Source of the DNA: Toensbergia leucococca
Lineage: Eukaryota
Direction of reading: 5' to 3'
DNA: 64,000 nucleotides
Assembly: GCA_022813965.1 (NCBI GenBank)
Contig: JALDZS010000074.1
Coordinates: forward strand, 1-64,000
Positions 12,981 to 24,625 of the stretch are shown in pieces. Under the pieces are notes generated by a model. It worked only from the letters and a program-made list of their open reading frames with translations. It searched no databases and was not told the origin of the DNA. Both the position numbers and the translations under genes were made by a program. Position 1 is the first letter of the stretch. Every line of letters begins with the position of its first letter.

Positions 12981-13930
12981 ATGCGTTGCCCAAGCCTTGC
13001 ACTTGTTGCAGCTACGCTTGCGTCCGTATCAGCATTACCATCCTCATCTCCTGTGCAGCTTAGAAAGCGAGACTGGATCAATGATTCGAAAGGAAACCTC
13101 AAGCTCACCTGTAAGTCATACTACCACCTCAAATGCTGATTCAGATCACTGATCTCAGCGCAAGTCTCGGATGATACCATCAATATTGGCACGCTCCCCA
13201 TTGATACCATTATCAATCAGCTTGCTACACTTTGCTCAACTGGCGGTCAATGCGAGACTGGCCCTGTTGATATCACCGGCTACCAGCTAGTAACAACATG
13301 AACAAGTGATGATGAAACTGTCACTCTTAGTCCGAGCGGAAGTTACCCAACTTGGATTCATAACGGCCTAATTTAGGCTCTCAGTGCTGCTGTCAAGACA
13401 CTTGCGCATTGTCAATCTGTACAGCATGTTGGAGCTGATTGCGGTATCAGCAGTGGTGATACCCGGCAAATTTGCTTATGTAAGCGTGTCCGAGCTTTCT
13501 CTAACATTTATCGTCGCTAATACCTCAGTCAGATCAGCCATACACTGTAAATCAGTGCACAGTGCCAAGGTATTGGGGAATAAATTGTACGTCTTGCCCG
13601 CCTTACATACCTGTTTTCCCTATCTGTCCCAAGATTTAATTATGGAGCGTCTGAGGTGCAATACCGTGCCTGCTCACACGTTTTACTCTCTCCTAATAAA
13701 TTTTCATGGACTGATTGCTAACGCTACAGTGATGCACAGATCAGTCTTCAGATGCACCCGACGCTGCTCCACCCTTTATTGGAAATGACATGACCGTTAA
13801 ATCCGATAACGGAGCTGGTTTCTGCTTAACTTTTGTCACTATTCCGTTTTTATACTACAAGTGCAATACTGACAGTGTCCACTGTCCATTAGGAGCCGTA
13901 AATGGTGTTGCAGGCGGCATCTTCACACTT
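12981..13930 (+). pseudogene. Secreted Cys-containing protein pseudogene with signal peptide and RKR site
   Basis: MRCPSLALVAATLASVSALPSSSPVQLRKRDWINDSKGNLKLT, intron at 13111, then FSDDTINIGTLP..LCSTGGQCET.. with in-frame stops at 13299 (TGA) and 13374 (TAG). 3' end approximate. Confidence 0.65.
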
Positions 13931-14301
13931 TTGGGTCTTGCTTGCCAGTCATAATAAGAAGCAAACAAGGAAAAGAGACCTCACAATATACCAACATGGA
14001 GTCTCAGGCATCCTTCTCCTTTTTGCGTATGCTTGCTCCTTGGGAGAATTACCTAGCTGGCCTAGTATCTTCTTGAGAATGTAGGGTTGAAACCATCGAT
14101 TGAGGACCTGATTTGGACTCAGAAGGTTACATCGGGTGTGGCTGAGAACCCCTATTGTCTTGCCTGATAGCTTGTTTCTCTCCTAGGTACTCGATCGTTA
14201 ACAATTCTACCAGCGATGTATCATGCTTATGATTTATTTCATCATGTAGTATCGAATAAGCAGAATCAGCACTTATAATCTCCATCTCATTTCTTCCTTG
14301 A

Positions 14302-14839
14302 AACAGCAACTCTCAACCCTCAAAGTCCTACAATCACAATCTCCGGGACCGTATTCTCCCTCGATCCATCCAGCCTACTAATCGGAACCTCAGCCCTAAC
14401 CTTTCTCACTCTCTCAGCCGCACTCAGCACTCCTACATCCCCTCCCACCATCTTCGCCATCAGCACAGAAACTTTCACCATTGACTCCAACGGCATCGCT
14501 GTCGGCCTTACACAACTCACGCCCAGCGGCCCAGCAGTGATGATGAATGGCAAAGTTGTCTCACTCAGCCTTTCCGATTTCGTATACGGGACCCAGACGG
14601 AGACATTTGCCCCGATGACGACGAGCTCCTCCTCCTCTACTGCAGGGCTCGTTGCGGCGATAATGGCGGGGTTTGGAGCGATAGGGGCAAGTTTTGTGAC
14701 TAACGGCGTTGCTCCCTCGTCGCGAAATGAGAGTACAATTGCGTCGTTCCTTGGTAATATGGCACTGAGATTATCTCATCTTCCTTGTTGACTTTTCATT
14801 ATGCTTACTAGCGCTTGGGTCGCGTGGCGTATATTTTAA
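14302..14839 (+). pseudogene. C-terminal fragment of a Ser/Thr-rich cell-wall (GPI-type) protein
   Basis: PTITISGTVFSLDPSSLLIGTS and LTPSGPAVMMNGKVVSLSLSDFVYGTQT repeat-type units, followed by a hydrophobic tail; no start codon or signal peptide. Confidence 0.5.
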
Positions 14840-15156
14840 GGGTCATAGTATAATACTTATCCTGATATCCCACTTTGATAGTCCGACGCCACCCCCTTAC
14901 CCATCCTCAATCAGGCAAAAGTGACCCCGGGTACATTTTGAATACGCTAAGAGTTGAGCCCTTCTGCTTGGATGGCTCCTTTGCTCTTCTGACCAGGTGG
15001 GCGTCCTCTAGGTGCTGATCTATGATCCTTCAAGTTAGGGTCTGATCATGACCGTCACAGATTTGTGAGTAGATGAAGACTTTATAAAAGGAGAAAAAAG
15101 ACTGACATGTATGAGTGCAGCCTGATCTGCCGTAACAACAGTCAGCCCTCACCCTA

Positions 15157-17228
15157 TCAACATATTTTTCTAAACAAATGTCTCTTCAAGTACAAGATTC
15201 CTGTTGTGATCCACCTTCCAATATCTATTCCCCACCTAATCCATATAATCAGCCATAACTCATCCTTGGTCTTGATACTCGCCAAGGTTATGGAAGCAGC
15301 AAGGAAAAGGAGGCCACAAAAGCCCCAGACGCTGACGTTCAACCACCCGACAGTGTTAAATTTGACCATGCAAGCCAAGGATGCGTACGGTGCCGGAATG
15401 CGCACGTCGCCATATCCGTCATTGTAAATCCAGCCTCCTCGTGCGGCCCGGAAAGTCGATAGCTGTAGTTGAGCAAGTGAGGCCTTGAAGAGCCTACGTA
15501 CTTCGACTTTCCACTGTTCATCAGCAAGGCCTTCAGCCATGAACCCTTGGACCTTGTTCTGCGCATCGAGCTGAGTAGGAGCGAGGACTGCGTGACACAC
15601 TGAGGAACCTGCCAGTGCCATACTGAGTAGACTCAGTACTAGGGGTCGTTCCGATACTGGGGAAGTTTCGTTGAAGAAACTGATATGTCCATAGGTGGGT
15701 CGCAGTCCCAAAGCTCTCGCGTCCCAACATTATTCATGATCGGCACTACAGACCTCAACCCGATCCACGCAGCCCAGGACAGTGTCTCGAGTATCCTTAG
15801 CACGATAAACCAGTTTGTCCAAAAGTCGATTATACCTATGCGGGGACTCTTCATGTGGAAGCATAGAGGGTGATTGCTCAGGAAACTGAGCAATCTTGGT
15901 TGGGTATGGAGCTGGGAAGATGGGATCAGACCTGCGATTATTGTAGAAAATCCGACGGGCTGAGATAAACAGAAGTGTGACGATGTTATCACCACTCGTA
16001 AACTCTTTGAAAGGTCTAAATGGATGGACAGTAGTTTCATACCGATTTGCATTATTGCATAAACTCCTAGACTGTATCATTAGGCTCCCTTCATACTCTA
16101 TATCACATTGTTGCGGTCAAACCCTTTAGAAAAACCTGGAACCGTCCAGTCTGCAGAAGGATTTATTGCGCTCCATGTTTCCTTGACCCAGTTACCCGGA
16201 CTGGTACCATTCCAAATGGGTCCATAGTAATAATTGTACGAAGCTTGCCCGTCTGAGTTGATGACTTCCTTGACGTAACGCCCGTCGGAGACAAGTGGAG
16301 CACAAGTTGTTGATCTCCTGAATTGAAATCGCTGTGCAGAGTTGATGCCGAGATATCGTGCATCTGGCAGACCTGTATCAAGCGTTATTGCCGATCTTGT
16401 ACCCTCAAGACAGACGTCTCCTAGGAATGGACAGGTGTCATTGGATGTCTCTAAATATGAGATGCTTTGATTGTATAAATAATTGCATCCATCTGTAGCC
16501 GTGCTGGCTCCATAACACCGATCAGCGTATGCGAGTGCCATGTCACCCTGATTGCTATAACCATTAACGCTCGTCGGCGCGTCTTGAGCACAAAAAGATC
16601 CTGCCGATACTGCGACGCCATCAGTAATGATGTGGGCAGACAGAATGCTCCCAGAAGATTCCGCCACAAAAACTCCGATGAAAATAATGGACAGGATCAA
16701 GGAGGTTATGACTTCAGTCGAATAATGTAACAAGTTACTCCATAGAATAAGAACCCATGATCTGCACTTCCTAAAGGGAGTGTGTTTCCAATTTGCAACG
16801 TAGATAGGTAGTCTTATAGACCTTGTAGTAAGTTGGTCCCAGGTGTTTCTAAGAATATCACGCGCAGCTCCCAGTTCCGAATGTGATTCCTCAGTTATGA
16901 CTACATTTTCGTGGGAAACTTGATGGAAAGTCGTCAGAAGGACAGATGGTGGAGGATGTATGGAAGGTATAGTCTGCGCTACCATGCGAGAAACAGTCGA
17001 TCGGTTCTTCCTCTCATGGCTCTTGGTCCTGAGGTGGTGATAGATCCCGAGCATGAGAGCTTTGAGAAGTATCCAGAGTCGAGGCGTCGACAAGCTTAGA
17101 GCTACGGCAACGATGTTACCCATGATTGATGCATGGTACTGTGACACAAGAAACTGCCGATCTATGAAGATTGAGCTTGGGACATGATAGAAAGCCAATA
17201 TACCTACTGAAAGGCCAAGTACGATCAT
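15157..17228 (-). pseudogene. Fungal hypothetical membrane protein with one premature stop
   Basis: CPF..C..ITLDTG..LGIN..FRRSTTCAPL motif and one intron (~16071-16120). ORFs 15730-16080 and 15157-15711 share a frame and are separated only by TAA at 15730-15732. Confidence 0.7.
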
Positions 17229-18372
17229 AATCGTACCAAGTGTCTATTCCATGACGGACGCATTGAGTAACCTGTACAGTCATTTTTATAAAGGTAAGCT
17301 AGATGAAAACGAAGCACTCAACTGACCTAATTATGGTTGTCGTAAAGCCCTTGATGACCCATCATCGCGAATCGCATATGCCGCCCGCGAGTCGGTGTTT
17401 CACAAACATAGAGCCGCCTCAGCCTCAAATCACTTGATGTCAAAGCGGACGGCCAGCATTGAGAATGCCACGCTGAAAGTGAGATAGACGATGTTGAAGC
17501 CTGACAGATAAACCTCAGACTGTTGATCTTGTCGATTCGATTATCATATCATCACAAGGACTCAGAAAAGAATTGCACCGACAGGGCCTGTATGTCACCA
17601 TACCATGCTGCCTCCTGCTGAACTCCTTGATTATTTCTTTCAAAGTCATCGTGATGTCGACGCCATAGCTATGACGCTTTTCTGTTGACTTTGAGAGATG
17701 CTGTCGCCATCGTTGGCGCTTCTTGCCGCCTTCCTGGAGCGAATAGCATGGGAGAAGTTTGGGATCTCATATCTAGCGGTACTTCACGACACACGGAAGC
17801 CCCAATGGACAGATTCGATCTTCATGACTTATTTCTTTTTTCTTCGAGCGCATAGGCTATCCCCAACACCAATCGAGTCCAGTGAAGCTTGCGTAGTCGA
17901 GGGCGTTGCATAGTTCAGACGGTTGAGTGACAGTTTCGAGTAATGCTTGCTTGTCAAGAATTAAAACGTTTCCACGGTGAAGAATCTCAAGGTCTCCTCG
18001 TCTGGCTCCGAGGCTCGCCTGGCGTCGGGACTGTCGCGGAAGCTAACCCTGATTAGGCTTAGATATTCCTGACGTTCTCGTTAGCTTATTTACTCCACCC
18101 CTCCACCTCTTGCTCTGCTCCATCCTATTTCCTATTTCCTATTTATCAAAATCCGAGACTCGAGACTCAGTCTGTATCTAATCTCTCTGAACATGAATCA
18201 GTTTCTTTTGAATCGCTGCGTACGGTTTAGGTAGTGCCATGGCACCTGGCTTCACCAAAATGATTCCAATTAACATGACGTAATGAAGCTCGGAGTGAAA
18301 GGATATTGCTTCACAGAAGGCATGAGAAGCTGCTCTACACGACCTATCTAAGCAAGAGCAGCATTCTCGGAT

Positions 18373-19405
18373 ATGCTCACTAAATAAGCAAGGGAACAGC
18401 TGGCACCCCTACAGGCTCGACTATACGCTCAAGCAACAACTATTCGTCACTTCTCAGCTGATTCCCTCACCTCCTTGGCTTCTCTCATCACCTCCTGGGC
18501 TCTCCTCGCTACCTCGTCTGCCCGGTGCGAAGTCGTCTTCTCCCCGCCCTCAGCCTCCTTGTTCCTGTCTGCTGTGTCTGCTGCCGCTGCTGCTTCCTCT
18601 GCTGCGCCCTCCCCTGCCTTCGCTCCCTCAGTGTCTGCATCCGCTGCGTCCTCTGGCCTCTCTGCTGTCTCCATCCTTGCGTCCGCTGCCTCTGCACTCG
18701 CGTCTGCTGCCTCTTCTCTCGCTGCTGCTGCTGCTGCCGCCACTGCCACGCTCAAGCCCGATCCCTTGGACCAACACGCCAAAAATGCCAATATTGTCGG
18801 AGCAGTAGTTGGCAGCATAGGCACCGTAGGCGTAGTATTAACTTGCATGTAAGTTTATTTCTTCCTTCTGTCATTTGAATTCAGACACAATTCTGTCAAA
18901 TATCTCAACTTTACTTATGCAATTGCGGTCATACTCATCAGGCCGCTTTTCTAACTTTCATCTACATTGAGATCATAAATTCTTGCAAAAGTACTTTGAA
19001 ACGCTGACATTGTCTTTACAGCTTGCTGGATTTTGGATGCAGGGACAGGCAAAGTAATACGAGGATGGAGCTCATGGCAATGGGAGAGTAAGTCTCAAAA
19101 TTAAACCAAAGCCGTCATGAAGACAATGTAACTAAAAGATGGTTTCAGTAGCGGCGGGGATCCTCAGAGACGTGCTTCATTGAAGAGATGAGTCTGAAGA
19201 TGGGACTCACCCTCCCGCTGGCCTTGGAGGACGAGGAACCGTCTTTCCATCGCTCCACCTCCCACTGCCACTCAGGCTCCTCCCGCCACTGACCGCTCCT
19301 CCCGCCACCGCCGCAGTCTCCGCTCCTCCCACGTACCCTGCCGCTCCCACCACGCCACCCGCCGCCATCTCATCCTCAATGAACAAATTCCTCAAGCTCA
19401 TGTAA
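18373..19405 (+). pseudogene. Ala/Ser-rich single-pass membrane protein, probably disrupted
   Basis: Ala/Ser low-complexity run, then TM segment IVGAVVGSIGTVGVVLT, splice donors and a Pro-rich tail; the upstream in-frame ATG at 18373 is followed by TAA after four codons. Confidence 0.35.
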
Positions 19406-19429
19406 TGAGATGAGTCTCAACCCTAAGCG

Positions 19430-19900
19430 TTTTTCATCTCATACAGAGAAGGAGGGAGGAAAACACTTCTTGGGACGTTTTCTGCTTTTTTCTGCTTTTT
19501 TTTTGCTGTTTATGTATATGTATATGATTACAATACATAAACATTCCTTCTTGATGCACTGAATGTCTTATTTCCTTGAACAAGTGTCGTCTTTATTACT
19601 AAAGACACAAGCATGATTCTTATATTAATTTATAGTTTTGGACTTGAGTTCTTTGGATTTTATCTTCAGAGCTTTATTCCCTGGGTCATAGTTCCCGTTT
19701 TAGCTCTTTATTATAATTCTTATCTAATAGAACATGTCATGATTTACACTGATTATCTGACTTCGTCTAGACTGAACCGAGTTGAGAAGACTGACTTCTT
19801 TATATAGATAGAGGAGAAGAAAATTGACAAAAGAAGTGAACAGCTGTGAGAATTTAGTTTTTATAAGTAAGAACAGACTAGTATCTTATATGACAGATTA
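19430..19900. repeat. AT-rich degenerate segment, possible repeat relic
   Basis: Low GC, few CG dinucleotides, no credible ORF. Confidence 0.35.
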
Positions 19901-19978
19901 TACGGTATCTATCTCAGACAAAATATCTCAAACCATCCCACACCAAAAGAACTTTTGCTCACAACTCAAGGGGGCTCC

Positions 19979-20956
19979 TCACACCACCTGAAACAACGGT
20001 GCCGGCACAATAATACTTTCGCAGCAACTGGCAGGACTAACCTCCAACCCAACCGAAGCATCAAATACAGCCTCGGGTATACATCCACACGAAGAGCCCC
20101 TATCATCCCCATAGATGCCAAACTCGGCCAACCACGCCGTTCCATTGTTCCACGCCTGCCAATTCAGCACATCCTGATGACAACGCAGCCTCAACGCGCT
20201 AAGCAATTCTTGCCCGCTGGTAGTCGTCCAGCCGTTGAAGACGACCCGGTGGCGCATGGTGCGGACGGCTTGCTTGGTTGGTTGACCCTCACATACGGCG
20301 TAGTATGCCGGATCGCCTACGTAGCAGACGCCGTTGATGCAGCCTTGGGTCTGTATGACTGGGGCGGGTGGTATCACCCCACACTGTTCGTTCGTGTCGA
20401 GGGTCATTGGTGAGTTTGGAGGGACCCATGAGTCTTTCCATTCGATTTCAGGTGTGGACGGCGTCCAGGTAGCCTGGTGCTGACCGCAACTATCCAAACC
20501 CACGGTTTTCATAACGTAGCGTGCTGAATTGGCTATTACACTACCATCATCATTCCAACCCATAGTACCGCCACCACCATCTTGACTACAGTAATTGGGA
20601 TCGAAGGCTCCGGTGATTTCCGTTTCTTTGCCGCATTGGGTGATGAGGTTTCGAAAATTCGTTGTACAAGTAGCTGCGTCGACTGAAGCAGAATGATAAG
20701 GTGCTGGGAAAGTGGGTGGCATGTATTGCAGTTCGCAATGACCTTGAACGCTTTTGAGAGCGGTACTTCGGTCGTTGGCACAGAGTCGTTGAGCTGCGAC
20801 CAAGCAATCCTTATTGCAGAGCGATATCGCGCTATCGTCGAAGCCGGCGCATGTATAGCACCACCCTGTGGTTAAAATTTGGTTTTGGCTAGTTGCGAAG
20901 AAGAGATCAAGAGCTGTGAAGAAAGAGACAAACAGAAAACTCCGATTGCTGTGCAT
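19979..20956 (-). CDS. Secreted cysteine-rich protein, 325 aa, unknown function
   Basis: Single-exon ORF with a hydrophobic N-terminus and 19 Cys. Confidence 0.8.
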   Translation of the reverse strand: MHSNRSFLFVSFFTALDLFFATSQNQILTTGWCYTCAGFDDSAISLCNKDCLVAAQRLCANDRSTALKSVQGHCELQYMPPTFPAPYHSASVDAATCTTNFRNLITQCGKETEITGAFDPNYCSQDGGGGTMGWNDDGSVIANSARYVMKTVGLDSCGQHQATWTPSTPEIEWKDSWVPPNSPMTLDTNEQCGVIPPAPVIQTQGCINGVCYVGDPAYYAVCEGQPTKQAVRTMRHRVVFNGWTTTSGQELLSALRLRCHQDVLNWQAWNNGTAWLAEFGIYGDDRGSSCGCIPEAVFDASVGLEVSPASCCESIIVPAPLFQVV

Positions 20957-21515
20957 GCTAAGATCATACCTTGATGTTCTGCTTGGAGAGAGTGGTCTTG
21001 GTCACTAAGGAGAAGACTGGAAAAGGAAATGTATCCAAAGTGGTAGAGAAATGAGCTGAGGTCAAAGCATCGACGGTGGCTTGAAATCCTTTTCTTCTAA
21101 ATAAGCGGTCGATCCAATTCTTCAATGCTGCCTACTCTAGAAAGCTTTTGGGCATGACACAGCATCTCTAACCTAATGTTCTGGATGTGACCATGAAAAA
21201 TGGCGACAAGTTCGCTTTTCAACCGGCAGATCTGATTTAGATTTCCATCAAGGAAGCCCGTGCGTACATATGCCATTTTTAAGTATGGACTTGAGACACG
21301 AGTATAGAAGCGACGTGAGGCTTCATGGCAATGCGCAAATTGGTTGGCTCGCCAATCAGAAGGCACATGGAATTACGCCGGTGCCGCGTCTGAATCAAAA
21401 GACTTAACAAGGGATGCCCCTTGAAGAACAATTTAAATAATCTGTCAACGGTAAAGCGTCAGCAATCACAGAATAAAGACCAACACTCACATCTTTTAAA
21501 TTTGTCTCAAGGACC

Positions 21516-22166
21516 ATGTTACTCGCACACTTCTCGTTGCTCTCGTTATTGGTGTTGGTCAATGTTTTCATATCAACTACAAATTCAGTCTTCATAACCA
21601 CCCGATGGAGATTTAATGTCAATCAAGATGAGAAACTCAAATCTGGTCTCGAGACCTTGGAAGAAACACGTGGCAGGATCAACGGAACGAGCTCTACGGC
21701 TTTGTCACTACGCGATCCAGGTGATTTACCGTTGATCCAATTTGGTCCTTTCGTTCTTCCCGCCATGCCTCCTGGACAGACTACCGGCTGGTTCATAGCA
21801 CAGTATGGCGCCAGGCAATACCTTCCATCATTCTTAGTACCTGAACTCCTGGTACCATTTTGGCGATGGATTTTACACCAGACAGGCCCTACTATGAGCG
21901 GAAGGTGGAGAGATGATCGGTCGTCTTCATGTCTCTGGTTTAGACACGGCAGTCTTCTTCTGTTGGTCAGTGGTGTTGACGGTGCTGTAATTCCATGGCC
22001 GCTCGTGTGGCATTTTGCGCGCGATATGTTGGCCGAGTCGCTTGCTGGCTATCCCTATATACTCTCGGCTTTCTATGATCATCCAGCGAGCGGGTTGCAA
22101 TTCTTCGTCAAGTTTACACTCTCGAATGCAGCGCCAGGATCTTTGATGCCTCAGATCAGTACATAA
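21516..22166 (+). CDS. Hypothetical secreted protein, 216 aa
   Basis: Signal-peptide-like N-terminus; Trp-rich C-terminal domain (GSLLLLV..IPWPLVWHFARDML..G); intronless ORF. Confidence 0.65.
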   Translation: MLLAHFSLLSLLVLVNVFISTTNSVFITTRWRFNVNQDEKLKSGLETLEETRGRINGTSSTALSLRDPGDLPLIQFGPFVLPAMPPGQTTGWFIAQYGARQYLPSFLVPELLVPFWRWILHQTGPTMSGRWRDDRSSSCLWFRHGSLLLLVSGVDGAVIPWPLVWHFARDMLAESLAGYPYILSAFYDHPASGLQFFVKFTLSNAAPGSLMPQIST

Positions 22167-22173
22167 ACCCGGG

Positions 22174-22542
22174 ATGATTGAAGACGAAGATGGGCAGATC
22201 TCAGATAGTATAACACTCTTTTTCAGTAGCAAAGGAATAAAGCCAAATCCATGCCATGGGGACACACTGTTTGCCAGCTTCAGTCCGGCCCTGTACAGTA
22301 CTCGAATAAGTCCAGAGCCTAGCTCCGAGTACAAGGACGATGAGAAGCATGATCTCAGTGAAGTAGAAAGCTATCATCTCGAGGAAGCAGTGAAGGACGA
22401 AGAAGTGTCGCATATGTGGCTGCGGATGGGGAAAGGTGAATTTGATGATTGGGACTACCAGACTGAAGGAGATGCGAAACACTGGGAGAAGAAAAGAGTA
22501 GGAATAGGCGGAGAAGTGAGAATGATTGCCAAAACGTCATAA
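22174..22542 (+). CDS. Hypothetical acidic protein or gene fragment
   Basis: 122-aa ATG ORF with protein-like composition, 7 bp after the previous stop; no recognised motif. Confidence 0.3.
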   Translation: MIEDEDGQISDSITLFFSSKGIKPNPCHGDTLFASFSPALYSTRISPEPSSEYKDDEKHDLSEVESYHLEEAVKDEEVSHMWLRMGKGEFDDWDYQTEGDAKHWEKKRVGIGGEVRMIAKTS

Positions 22543-23417
22543 CCCACCTTTTGTATGTCTCGTGAGCCGATTTATGGAGTAACATGCAGATTCCATCCAT
22601 TTCCTTTCATCGTGGTCTTGGTGTCAGGTAGACGTGTCGAGCAACAATAGTGATGAGGAAATTAGGGCTCTTCTCAAGTTGGCTGGTCTCTTGATCCAAT
22701 CTTGATGACGACTATGGGAGAGTTTTCGACTCAACATGAGCCGACTTCCTCGCTTGCCTCACGGTGATACGAGGCGAAGTAGGTGATTTCTCTGCTAACA
22801 CAATCATAAGCGCACCAAGATGAGTTGTGTGGGGATGCCTGAATACTCGGTAGTGCTGATGGTATTACTGAAGCCGTCATGCTAGATTCCTTACTCTGGT
22901 AGTGCTCGATCCAAAGATGTCCAGTATGATGGAATGATGGCAGTAGGTAAGAAGTTGCTTGAGAGTGGGTGAGAGATTATGCCGTAGTCAATCTACACCT
23001 TACTAAATAATCGAGGACTACCTTAATCGGTGTCGGAATGGGGTCAAGCGAGCCCTTGCCTTTGCCCTTGCCCTTATTATGGAAAATCTCAAACTTATCA
23101 GAAATCCGAATTTAGAAAGAGTACCGAGATTGCCGAGAAGATAGCGCTAGAAAGGCAGAATAGGAGGTTTTAGGAGGAGGGTAGAGAATTAGGACAAAAT
23201 TCGAGGTTGTAGGTATCAAACGGATCTTCATAAGTGTGTGATAGTAGTACTCCCTTGTCTTGTAATGATTGGGACAAGAACAAGGTACCCTACTGAACTC
23301 AACATGTTTCCAATATCATCACACACGTGTTGCATTCGTAATAAAGAGAATGGCACAGACGAAATGTCACCCAAACTTAAGCAGCACAGCTCGTACCAAT
23401 CTTATACACATCTTCAG

Positions 23418-24625
23418 TTAATCCTTGCTCGGAAAGACTGGACCTAAATCGCATGTGCGTAAGACTCTTGTCTTTTGAGGACGAAGGCAGGCCATTGCCA
23501 AAATCTTGGAATGACTCACCCAATATCGGGTGCACAAGCAGTCCTGGCGCACCTGTATCAACCCAACGGTCTTTGGCCCATTCTTCAATGCGCTCAAAGT
23601 TTCTACATTCATGCTCCTTTTCTACTGGAGATGGAAGGAGTTGGTCAGGATCCCATTGCATAACGCGCATGCTCATATCGCCGGCGCAGGTGGCTGAGTA
23701 TGTAAGGCTACGAAGGCAGTGACCTTTGCAGCATTAGTGTCTAATCTCTCACCAAGAGAAGGCCAATACAGAAAGATTATCCCTCAGGACAGGTTTTAAA
23801 ATCTTAAAGAAAGCAGTGACATACGTGCATGATAATTTCTTCCTTCTCGTTTATCATCGGTATCGTTAGGGAAGTAGTAGTCTGGGTATATGGTTTGATG
23901 AAGGAATTCCTTGAAGAGTGAGGGTATTATTGTTAGAGACTTCTGCCCTGATTGAAAGCCTGAGCCAAAGAAATGAAATGGAGAGGTGCAGAAGGTATAC
24001 AATGCAGTGTAGATCATGATACATGGTAGGCGTGGCGAGATAGCCCGAGCCATCCCCCAGAAGAATGCCGTTCTGATTGTAGTGCGCAAACTCTTCATGT
24101 GTAAGGCGTACATTGGCACCTGCGGGACGTATTCAGTCAACACACGAACGTTGTCTTTAGTCATTGAAGATCAGACTCACACAGTAAACGATCTATCCAT
24201 CGCTGATCCAGCTCGGAAGATGGGTCTCCAAAATAGGGATCTTTGCGAAGCTTGAAACTAGAGGCAGGCATAGGTTCACGGAGTCCAAAGCCAAGAACGG
24301 ATCGAGCAGGAGCTGACTTGAATTAAGCTCACGCATCATCACTGAATAGCTAGACGTGTCAGATCCCGGATGCTATCTTACTATATACTAGGTCAGGCCC
24401 GAGTGTCTCTCTATGAATGAAGTTTGGAACGAGCCAAGCCGTAACAAGGACGGAGTAACAAAGTATGAGTCCGACGTGGAGGGCAAATGTACGCAGACGT
24501 GACTGGCGAGGCTTGTTGGGTGGTATAAAGGTGCTTGAGAGATCATCATCGCTCGAAACATCTGATAACTTCTCAAGCTGAGTGTTGCTTTCATTCGATA
24601 GAAGAGGTGCGTATGAAGGGATCAT
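23418..24625 (-). CDS. DUF3328 / UstYa-family oxidase, 6 exons, intact
   Basis: N-terminal TM (FALHVGLILCYSVLVTAWL), YTPARSV, PYFGDPSSELDQRW, two HxxHC motifs (YHDLHC and HARHC, the second split by an intron), TCAGDM, HECRNFERIEEWAKDR. All five introns splice in frame to TAA at 23418. Confidence 0.92.

Noticed and set aside
14930..15070. PRGRPPGQKSKG on the minus strand, reminiscent of a transposase C-terminal tail
   Set aside because: Too short, with no catalytic domain or termini.
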